A stretch of 64,000 bases of DNA from Clostridia bacterium. GTDB taxonomy: Bacteria; Bacillota; Clostridia; UMGS1810. Of the stretch, positions 9,304 to 17,262 are shown in pieces. The notes under the pieces were generated by a model. It did no database searches and was not told the DNA's origin. It worked only from the letters and a program-made list of their open reading frames with translations. A program made the position numbers and the translations under genes. The stretch covers positions 15,834-79,833 of the forward strand of contig JAZNBF010000014.1 of assembly GCA_045586905.1 (NCBI GenBank), in the 5' to 3' direction. The first letter of the stretch is position 1. Each line of letters starts with the position of its first letter.

Positions 9304-9321
9304 TTTTAAGTTTCTTAAATG

Positions 9322-10515
9322 TTAAGGAATAAGAGTTGTGGGATCTTTTATACCAAACATTATCTCCAAAAGGAAATCTACATCATCGAGTGACATTTCA
9401 GGGTGTGTGGCAAGCTTTGAATAGAAAGCAGACTGAGCTTCTTCATCAAGAGCTTCGTATTTGGATTTTGCAAGTTGAACATCGGAACGGTATGTGTTTT
9501 TTACATAATTTTCAACATAAATCCACTCGCCATCAGCTGCATCGGCAAGAGTTTTCTGAATGGTACCAGCAACAACTTCGCCATCTACCTCGCCGCCTCT
9601 TACGATGTTTAATATGTTACGCTCTACATCACTTAATCTCAAAGTGGAACTGGTGATGACGCCAAGAAGCTTGTTGAGTTTTTCGACAACCAAAGCCTGT
9701 TTTGCGGAGTCAAACTGAGGAGTATCGGGCTCGTCAGGAGTGCTCGGTGTACTCGGAGTGCTTGGTGTACTCGGAGTGCTCGGTGTACTTGGTGTGCTTG
9801 AACCGCCACCGGAGCTTCCGCCACCGGAGTTTCCGCCACCGGAGTTTCCGCCACCACTGAAGCTGCCACCACCAATACTAGCACCTCCGCCAAAGCTTAC
9901 GCCGGGAGTTGTTGTGCTATCCTGAACAAAGTTGGCAAGGAGCAATGAAAGCTCACCTCTTGTCATGTTCTCTGTTGCTCTGAATGTGTTGTTGGCTTCC
10001 AAAGATATCAATCGGTTTGATATTACAGTTTTAACATCATTTTCTGCCCATGCAGAAACGGGATCGGATATTGCTATGTTGCCACCAAGATTGTAAAGTC
10101 CATTTACTCTTACAACTATCGCGCAAGCCTGTTCACGGGTAACCGGAGAATCGCCACGGAAGGTGCCATCTTCAAAGCCATTGATATAGCCGGCTTTTTT
10201 AGCAATTTTCACATGGCTGTAATACCACTTGTCTTCTGTCACATCGGAAAATACTAGAGTGTCCGGCACGGTGTATTTTTTGATGTTATTTATCATCTTA
10301 CAAAGTTCGGCTCTGGAAACACTTCGCTGAGGGGCAAAGGTGCCATCACCATTGCCATTTATTATGCCTGCATTTGCAAGCTTATATATTGCTTTGCCTA
10401 CCGTGGTTGAAGCATCAACATCGGTGAAGGAGATTTTTGTGTCGGCCAAAACGGGAACAATACTGTATGTGGCAATTAATATTACTGCCAAAAAAACTGA
10501 TAGAAACTTTTTCAT
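9322..10515 (-). CDS. Secreted S-layer-homology (3x SLH) protein with Gly/Ser and PST linker
   Basis: 397 aa with a signal peptide (MKKFLSVFLAVILIATYSIVPVLA) and three SLH modules (FTDVD..., FSDVTEDKWYY..., ISDPVSAWAEN...). These are followed by a GGGNSGGGSS run and a (PST)6 run, then a C-terminal domain of unknown function. Confidence 0.85.
   Translation of the reverse strand: MKKFLSVFLAVILIATYSIVPVLADTKISFTDVDASTTVGKAIYKLANAGIINGNGDGTFAPQRSVSRAELCKMINNIKKYTVPDTLVFSDVTEDKWYYSHVKIAKKAGYINGFEDGTFRGDSPVTREQACAIVVRVNGLYNLGGNIAISDPVSAWAENDVKTVISNRLISLEANNTFRATENMTRGELSLLLANFVQDSTTTPGVSFGGGASIGGGSFSGGGNSGGGNSGGGSSGGGSSTPSTPSTPSTPSTPSTPSTPDEPDTPQFDSAKQALVVEKLNKLLGVITSSTLRLSDVERNILNIVRGGEVDGEVVAGTIQKTLADAADGEWIYVENYVKNTYRSDVQLAKSKYEALDEEAQSAFYSKLATHPEMSLDDVDFLLEIMFGIKDPTTLIP
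9737..9799 (-). repeat. Tandem 9-nt (18-nt) coding repeat encoding (PST)n
   Basis: Seven units: ggagtgctc ggtgtactc ggagtgctt ggtgtactc ggagtgctc ggtgtactt ggtgtgctt. They lie inside the 397-aa SLH gene. Confidence 0.9.
9803..9850 (-). repeat. Tandem 15-nt coding repeat encoding the GGNSG-type linker
   Basis: ccgccaccggagctt / ccgccaccggagttt / ccgccaccggagttt, directly adjacent to the PST repeat. Confidence 0.85.
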
Positions 10516-10540
10516 TTTGTCACCTTTTCTTTCTTTGATA

Positions 10541-10572
10541 ATAATAGGCAGAAATTACTTTCTGCCTATTAT
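10541..10572 (-). terminator. 14-bp hairpin downstream of the giant SLH gene (attenuator/terminator candidate)
   Basis: ATAATAGGCAGAAA-ttac-TTTCTGCCTATTAT is a perfect stem, but it has only a weak U-tract on the minus strand. Confidence 0.45.
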
Positions 10573-10583
10573 TTCGCAGTGTC

Positions 10584-13500
10584 TTATTCAACTATTGCAC
10601 GGCTTACAACCACTTTGTTTGAGCCGGCTATAATTTCATATGTGTTACCGTCATCCTTTCTGGAAACCGTAATCTCTTTGCCCTGAACTGTCAAGGTGTA
10701 GGTGTCGGTATTTTTGCGTTCTACTCTTATTGTTTTACCTTTGATGGTTACCTCGTAGGTGTCTTGATCAATCTGAGTAATTCTGTCGATGCTGTCTAAG
10801 CCATCAAACTTGTTGACAATAAGATTGTAGCCTCTGCCAATGAGATTGAATGCTTCGTCGGTTGTGATGTTGATTGATTCGAATGCTTTGTTTACGCCTT
10901 TGCGAAGTTTTGCATAGTCATCGGAAGCATAATCCCTGTTGAATGAGCTTTGTTCGTACCAATCGAGGATTTTGTCTACTTTATCACCGAATTTTTCTTT
11001 AATCTTTTTCTCAACTGCTTTTACAATGTTATTGTCAAGCTTGTCGGGGAGAGCGCCTGTGTCGGCATAGTCACCAACCATATCGGCAATGATATTTGCA
11101 TATTTCACAAAGAGGTCTTCGTAGTCGAGAACAAGCTGGTCAAACTCGTCTTTCGAAAGCTCTTCCGTGTACCATTTCATTGCATCATCGCCAACAAGTG
11201 CTATTGCAACGAGGAGATTGTAGTAATCGGTGTAATCTTTGATTGCATAGCCTGTGCCAACACCTGTGTTTGTGTCGAAAACACATTCAACACTTGTGAG
11301 ACGGACAAGCTCTCTGAGGTACTGATTTTCTCTGTAATAATAGTTGCGTGTAGCTTTTTCGTCCAGAAGTTCTGCAAAACGATCACGGAATACTGCATAT
11401 ACATCGTCCACAAGGTTGATGATGAAATTGAGACCTGTGGAAATGTAAGCTGTTTGACCGTTTGCATTGGCCTGTTTGCCCTCTTCGATGTCTAAGAGGA
11501 GCTCATTGTAGGCTCTTGTGTAGATAGCTTCAAGCTTTGCTCTCGGATAGATTTTGAAAACTTGACTTGGAACCTTGGCAATGAGATCGTCGAAGGTGTA
11601 GTCTTTAACCTGCATTTCAAATGCTGTAAGAATGAAGCTGTTGTCTGATGCGATTTCAAATTCATCATCGCTTACAAGCTGATGTATCATAGTGTCGAGT
11701 ACATCACGATATCTTGACTCAATGATTTCATCGATGATATCGTCGAGCTGATCTGTTTCTCTGAGATGCTCTATTGCATGATCAACATATTCTTCAAAAT
11801 CGGAAAGGTCGCCTTTGTCAACAAAATAGTCAACAGCTTCGTTAATTATTGCTTCACGCTTGTCGGCATCATTATCGAAGAGATAGAGAACAAGCTCAAT
11901 GATAAACTGTTTGGTGTTTAAACTGTCAATGTTTGCAGGACAATAGCCAAATTCATCTTCAACTATTTCTTCGATATTGTCGTTGATGTAGTCTTCGATA
12001 TGACCGTCGATTTCTTCCTCTGTCATACCAAAAGCAAGAAGTTCAGCTTTTATCTCATCATATGTCATAGGATCAAGAACTGCTTTTGCATACTGAACAA
12101 TAAAGTCCATAGCATTTTCTTCGATTGGATCCGTAAACACAATGCCTGAATATTCTGCGATATATTCATTACGCTTTGTGGTGCTTGTTCTGATTTCATC
12201 TTCTACATCAGCTAAAATATGATGTTCAATTTCAGCAAAGAGGCTGTTCATGTCGGTGTAGCCAAGTTCGTGGGCAAGGTTATCATCGATTGTAACAGAT
12301 GAGTTTACCTTGTGCTTTACAACATCAATTACAAGGTCGAATGCATTTTGAGGAACAGCTGCATAGTTTGCATAGGTTATGCCTGCATGCTCTGCAATCT
12401 GTTCTACAAGGAATGTGTCGGCCGGATCTGCAACTCTTTCTTTGGCATCTTCCAGTGCATATTCTTTTGCTTTTCCGAGAATATCGATAGCTGTGTAGCC
12501 GAGTTTTTCCAAAGCATATTCGGAATCATTTTCAAAATAGATTTCTACAAAGCGTGCCATAAGCTCTCTCGGAGTAGATGGCAGGTCATCTGCTTTTTCG
12601 AATTCATCAAATGATGCTGCTTTTACATATGCATCAACCTTTGCCGCATCATCTAAGGATGCACTGAAGTTTGCAAAGAAGTTATCTATTTCACTTTGTG
12701 TCATAGAGGAGAAATCTTCGCCTGTCATAAGCTCAAGTTCTTCATAGTCGCCGCTTGTCTGTGCATCTGATACAACCTTTGTGAGAATCATTTTGAAGAG
12801 GTCGAGAGATGTGGCGGTGTCGGGAACTGATGACTGACCGATAAATTCCTGCAAAACATCGCCATATGCTGATTTTGACGTGTCTCTGATGTCTGTTGCT
12901 ATGATATCACCAAGCTCGTCGACAGCGGCATCGAGCATTGCTGCGCTGTCTACATAGCCTGCAAAATCAGCGAGTTCTTCATATGACATTGTTTGGATAG
13001 AATTGTCGATAAAATCGATGATTATAGAAACGGTTGAAGCAGGTTTAACTTCTGCGTAGGTATAGCCTGAGAAGTCGGTTGTGGAAACAACATGATTGAA
13101 GAAATCGGGATTGTCAAGATCGTCGACGAGAACTGTCAGGATATCATCCTTGCGGGCGTCAAACAGAGCCTGCAAATCGGCATATCCAAGTTCTACTGCG
13201 ATTTCATCAGGTGTCATTGCTTCAAAATGAGACTTAACAACATCGACAATCAAATCGGTTGTAGAAAGTCCGGATGATGGCTTCTGTATATCTTCGAACG
13301 GTGTGCCACGGAAATTATAGTGAACAACATCATCGAAGAAACCATCAGAAGACACCAGATTGTCGGTAATGTATTTTACAAGACGCTTTTTAACATTTGC
13401 TTTGAATGTGGGGTCCGTGTTAATGAGGTCTTTGGTCCATTTGATGATGGTGGGTGTAGCTGCGGAGGTAAGATCTTCATCTGTTACCGTTACATTGTAG

Positions 13501-16301
13501 CCTATAAAATCTGCAAATGCTGTCTTGATAAGGTCAGGATCGTCAAGACTTGTTTCGCATATATCTCTTATCATATCGAGCGCAGTGGCATCGGAGGAGA
13601 TTGCTCTGTCTATTGCTTCTTTAAAGAGGCTCTTGATTTCGGAAACATCGTCAGGATTTGAAGAATTTGCCATTCTTTCAAAATATTCGAAGATGGCGTC
13701 TTTGAGTTCATCATTGTCGCTGAGTGATTCTTTTGCGTTGTCTACAATGTATTCTTCAAGCTCTTCCTTGCCGATGATATCGGCAAATCTTACGAAAACT
13801 TCAAAAGGAAGAATGTTGTTGTTTGCATCTATTATGCCTTTTTCGCGAAGCTTTGAAAGTGCCTTGTTTCCACCTTTCTCTATCTGCTCCTGGAGACTTT
13901 GCTGAAGAGGTGTGGTGCTTGCGGAGAATGAATCCCAAATGAAGTTTTTGAAGGTATCCATTGCTCTTGTTCCTGTAACGGTTCTGTTTCCGGAACCGTC
14001 AACAGTGACAACAGTAGGCTCGTAATATCTTGCAAAGGTAAATCCTGTGCCGATCTTATCGACATAGGCATATATGCTGAGCTGAGGAGATCTTTCTTCA
14101 ACTGTGAGTACGCCCGAAGAATCTACGATTGTGTCAGTAACCAAAGTGGTTGAAGTGAATTTTTCCCATTTGTTTGTTTCGGGATTGTAGTACCAGCCAA
14201 ATTTCACTTTGTGTGTATATTCATTACCTACATATACGGGTGACACACTTGCAGTCTCCCTGTAACCTTCCTGCTCATAGAGTAAAAGGCCATCAAACAC
14301 ACTCTGGGGAACAGATGTGTTTTCGGGGACTATGTGTTCTCCCACCTGACTTCCCAAAGACATGAAGCGTACTGTGTAAAGTGGTGTTGTTTGCCATACA
14401 GCAGTAAATACCCAACCACCCTGTGGATCATAATCTATGATGGTGACATCCTCGCCACCGTTATAAAGATGGCCATTGCAGCTCCATCCAAGGAATACAT
14501 CGTATCCGTTTTCCACCTTGTCGGACTCCGGAAGAGTTATGGTTGAACCATAGGGAGTGGTAGCTACCGGAGGAGTATATCCGAGGATAAATGAACCACC
14601 ATTTGAGAAGTTATATGAAATGTTTATGGAATTTCTTGTATAGTACAATTTGAGAACAAGAGCATTGCCAGCCAAAACAGTGCCGCTTGATTTGCTCAAA
14701 TCAGGATCGGGATTGTAGGTGAAACCTGTAAAATAAGGAGGAACAACGCTGACGGAATCACCTATGTTTTTACCACTTATTGTTGCAGAAGATGTACATA
14801 CATAATCTGAAGCATCAGATGGCACACCACCTATTCTGAGCTGATAATACTCTATTGTGTAGTCAGCGGGGATAGCGGTTTTGTTGTAATAAAGCTTGAG
14901 AACGAGTGTTCCGTTTTTATTTACAACACCTGTTTTTACCTGAGATGCGTGAGAACCGTTATAGTAATAGCCATCTATATCTGTGGTAAGAGGTGCTGCT
15001 TCAACGGTTGCATTGAGAACATCTTTTTTAGTTTGTGTTTTTGAAGAGTCTCTAAGATACTCCACAGGATTTGCACCGTTTTGGAAATAGTGTTCAATCT
15101 TGTATGTATACACTGCAACGAAATCATTTGATGAGTTTACGGTTATTGTGTCACCGGGATTTTTTATTGCACCATATCTGTCACGCCATCCTGCAAAGCC
15201 GGGATAGTTTGTCATATTGGGAGTGGGAAGAGTATAGGTGTTGCCTTTTTTTACTTTATCTGACTTAGACACACCTGCACCCGAAACATTTATAAGATAA
15301 GTTACAGGAGATGATGATGAAGAACTGCCGCCTGTGGAAATGCTGTAATTATCGCCTTTGTATGTTGCCTGTGTAATTTCCTTTATATTTTTAAAAACAT
15401 CTTCCGATTTGTAGTTGTCAAAATGAACTACACCGTTGACGTCTTTAACTACGATGTTTTCGCCCACTGTTGTATTTACAAGTCTTACTGAATCTTCACC
15501 GCCTCGGCAAAGAATGCGGCCTTTTACAGTAACATTTTCAAATACAACGGAGCCAAAGCCCACACCATCACCTATGATGAGGTCGCCCTCTATTGTTACA
15601 TCGCGGAGTATTACACCTGATGCACGGATAATGACTGAGTCAAGACCTGCTTTGGTGTATGTCCCTGAGCTGACATAGTAGGTTTTGATGATGTTGTGCA
15701 TAAGCTGAGCAAATTCCTCACGGGTTATGTATGAGTGAGGGTTGAGATTGGCATTTTCATCACCGTTTATGTAGCCCTTTTGAGAAAGAATTGCAGCATA
15801 AGGCTTTGCCCAGGAGGAGATTGCTCCCGAGTCGGGATGAGCCGAAAGAGCAGAATAGTCGGAAGTTTCTAAAACAAGTGCTCTGGCAATAACTGCAAAA
15901 ACTTCTTCTCTTGTGATGGGATCGTTTGGTCGCATTGTGCCTGTGCCATCACCCTGGAAAGTCTGCATGTTTACAGCTTTGGCAATTTCAGTATAGAACC
16001 AGTCTTTTGGTGATACATCACTAAAAGATGAGATATCGGCCATTTTCGTGGCACCAAATGCACGGTTGATAACCGTTGCCAGTTCGGCACGTGTAAGATT
16101 GCCGGTTGGTTCGATAGTGGTGGTGGTTCGGCCTCTAAGAAGCCCGTTTGCCACAGCCGCTCTCATAGCTTCAGCTGACCATCCGGTAGGGAAATCGGTA
16201 AAGCCTGAAGTGTTGGCTGCAAACGCTTGCAAACACGTTGGCAAAACCATGGTAAAGCTCAGAATAATTGCAAGAGCTTTTTTTATAAAACTTTTTTTCA
16301 T
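10584..16301 (-). CDS. Giant (1905 aa) SLH-anchored surface protein
   Basis: It has a signal peptide and three N-terminal SLH modules, then a beta-helix-like segment. A Listeria/Bacteroides-type repeat follows (GFAGWRDRYGAIKNPGDTITV), then two MucBP-like beta modules (YKIEHYFQN..., YTIEYYQLR...). After that comes about 1200 aa of acidic helical repeats and three short C-terminal beta repeats. Confidence 0.9.
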   Translation of the reverse strand: MKKSFIKKALAIILSFTMVLPTCLQAFAANTSGFTDFPTGWSAEAMRAAVANGLLRGRTTTTIEPTGNLTRAELATVINRAFGATKMADISSFSDVSPKDWFYTEIAKAVNMQTFQGDGTGTMRPNDPITREEVFAVIARALVLETSDYSALSAHPDSGAISSWAKPYAAILSQKGYINGDENANLNPHSYITREEFAQLMHNIIKTYYVSSGTYTKAGLDSVIIRASGVILRDVTIEGDLIIGDGVGFGSVVFENVTVKGRILCRGGEDSVRLVNTTVGENIVVKDVNGVVHFDNYKSEDVFKNIKEITQATYKGDNYSISTGGSSSSSSPVTYLINVSGAGVSKSDKVKKGNTYTLPTPNMTNYPGFAGWRDRYGAIKNPGDTITVNSSNDFVAVYTYKIEHYFQNGANPVEYLRDSSKTQTKKDVLNATVEAAPLTTDIDGYYYNGSHASQVKTGVVNKNGTLVLKLYYNKTAIPADYTIEYYQLRIGGVPSDASDYVCTSSATISGKNIGDSVSVVPPYFTGFTYNPDPDLSKSSGTVLAGNALVLKLYYTRNSINISYNFSNGGSFILGYTPPVATTPYGSTITLPESDKVENGYDVFLGWSCNGHLYNGGEDVTIIDYDPQGGWVFTAVWQTTPLYTVRFMSLGSQVGEHIVPENTSVPQSVFDGLLLYEQEGYRETASVSPVYVGNEYTHKVKFGWYYNPETNKWEKFTSTTLVTDTIVDSSGVLTVEERSPQLSIYAYVDKIGTGFTFARYYEPTVVTVDGSGNRTVTGTRAMDTFKNFIWDSFSASTTPLQQSLQEQIEKGGNKALSKLREKGIIDANNNILPFEVFVRFADIIGKEELEEYIVDNAKESLSDNDELKDAIFEYFERMANSSNPDDVSEIKSLFKEAIDRAISSDATALDMIRDICETSLDDPDLIKTAFADFIGYNVTVTDEDLTSAATPTIIKWTKDLINTDPTFKANVKKRLVKYITDNLVSSDGFFDDVVHYNFRGTPFEDIQKPSSGLSTTDLIVDVVKSHFEAMTPDEIAVELGYADLQALFDARKDDILTVLVDDLDNPDFFNHVVSTTDFSGYTYAEVKPASTVSIIIDFIDNSIQTMSYEELADFAGYVDSAAMLDAAVDELGDIIATDIRDTSKSAYGDVLQEFIGQSSVPDTATSLDLFKMILTKVVSDAQTSGDYEELELMTGEDFSSMTQSEIDNFFANFSASLDDAAKVDAYVKAASFDEFEKADDLPSTPRELMARFVEIYFENDSEYALEKLGYTAIDILGKAKEYALEDAKERVADPADTFLVEQIAEHAGITYANYAAVPQNAFDLVIDVVKHKVNSSVTIDDNLAHELGYTDMNSLFAEIEHHILADVEDEIRTSTTKRNEYIAEYSGIVFTDPIEENAMDFIVQYAKAVLDPMTYDEIKAELLAFGMTEEEIDGHIEDYINDNIEEIVEDEFGYCPANIDSLNTKQFIIELVLYLFDNDADKREAIINEAVDYFVDKGDLSDFEEYVDHAIEHLRETDQLDDIIDEIIESRYRDVLDTMIHQLVSDDEFEIASDNSFILTAFEMQVKDYTFDDLIAKVPSQVFKIYPRAKLEAIYTRAYNELLLDIEEGKQANANGQTAYISTGLNFIINLVDDVYAVFRDRFAELLDEKATRNYYYRENQYLRELVRLTSVECVFDTNTGVGTGYAIKDYTDYYNLLVAIALVGDDAMKWYTEELSKDEFDQLVLDYEDLFVKYANIIADMVGDYADTGALPDKLDNNIVKAVEKKIKEKFGDKVDKILDWYEQSSFNRDYASDDYAKLRKGVNKAFESINITTDEAFNLIGRGYNLIVNKFDGLDSIDRITQIDQDTYEVTIKGKTIRVERKNTDTYTLTVQGKEITVSRKDDGNTYEIIAGSNKVVVSRAIVE

Positions 16302-16328
16302 TGTACTTCCTCCCAGTGCTATATTTGA

Positions 16329-17159
16329 TTAGGTTATTAAACTTAGGTAGTGTGCTTTTTTGAGACTTTTTTCGTTTTGATACGAGGAGCGGATCTGATC
16401 GACAAGTCCCGTGCTTTCTCCTGCATCTTTCAAAAGACCTGTCAGTTTGGAAAGTAATTTGTCAATCTGATCATCACAGTCTCTCTCTAAAGCTGCTGCT
16501 TTTGGATATACCTCGGCAAGCAAAGACTTTTTCTTTGCGGACCTTTGTTCTTTTGTCATATTACGCCACAATGCCTTATACTCTGAAAAGGCCTGATTAT
16601 ATATGACATCAAGCTGACCGACAAAGTTGGCTTTTATAACATAAACCTGAGCTATGCATGCCGATATTTCACTGCTGTTGTCAGGTTTGGAGCTATCTTC
16701 TTCTGAATCGCCTTTGTTTGTTGTTTCTTCGGATTGTGTCGCGTTCTGGTTTGACGCAGCTTCCTGCTTTAGTTGGTTTGCGGTTTCGGCATCTACCTTT
16801 TCACCGCTTTCGACAATTGTTATATTTTTGTCTTCACCAAGCTCAAGCTCTGTACCGAACATTTTTTCAATTGTTGTTTGTTCGGTTATAAGGCTCACGA
16901 GTTCGCTATCGTCGATCACACCTTTTTTGTGAAGTTCTTCTTCAAGCGGTTTTGACGGTCTGACGTTGTATTTCGAATTTTCCTCAAGATAGGTTCCTAC
17001 CTCTTCGGAATTTTCACTCATGAGAGCATCGATGTCGGAGTCGGAATATTTAACCCAGTAATACAGTGCCTTTATGTTTCCAAACTGCCACCAGACAAGG
17101 CAGGCACAAAGGGAAAATATAACGATAATTGATATTAAAATTTTATGTGTTTTTTTCAT
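16329..17159 (-). CDS. Membrane-anchored protein of unknown function (first gene of the cargo operon)
   Basis: MKKTHKILISIIVIFSLCACLVWW is an N-terminal anchor, followed by an acidic low-complexity middle and a helical C-terminus. The track start at 17180 would add MCGDCLE; I prefer ATG 17159. Confidence 0.65.
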   Translation of the reverse strand: MKKTHKILISIIVIFSLCACLVWWQFGNIKALYYWVKYSDSDIDALMSENSEEVGTYLEENSKYNVRPSKPLEEELHKKGVIDDSELVSLITEQTTIEKMFGTELELGEDKNITIVESGEKVDAETANQLKQEAASNQNATQSEETTNKGDSEEDSSKPDNSSEISACIAQVYVIKANFVGQLDVIYNQAFSEYKALWRNMTKEQRSAKKKSLLAEVYPKAAALERDCDDQIDKLLSKLTGLLKDAGESTGLVDQIRSSYQNEKSLKKAHYLSLIT

Positions 17160-17233
17160 TTCTAAGCAATCACCACACATATGTTTTTATACTTATGGGC
17201 ACAATAACCCATAATTAAAACTATACATATTAC

Positions 17234-17262
17234 ATTCTATACTTTTATTCATCTTTTGTCAA
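17234..17262 (-). promoter_or_regulatory. SigmaA-type promoter for the element's cargo operon
   Basis: Minus strand reads TTGACA (17262-17257), a 17-nt spacer, then TAGAAT (17239-17234). It lies about 75 nt upstream of ATG 17159, just inside the right end of the element. Confidence 0.5.

Noticed and set aside
9639-9925. Two ORFs (84 aa minus strand, 61 aa plus strand) and a possible CRISPR-like periodicity.
   Set aside because: They are alternative-frame readings of the 9-nt and 15-nt coding repeats inside the 397-aa SLH gene. The units are far too short and contiguous, with no spacers, to be a CRISPR array.
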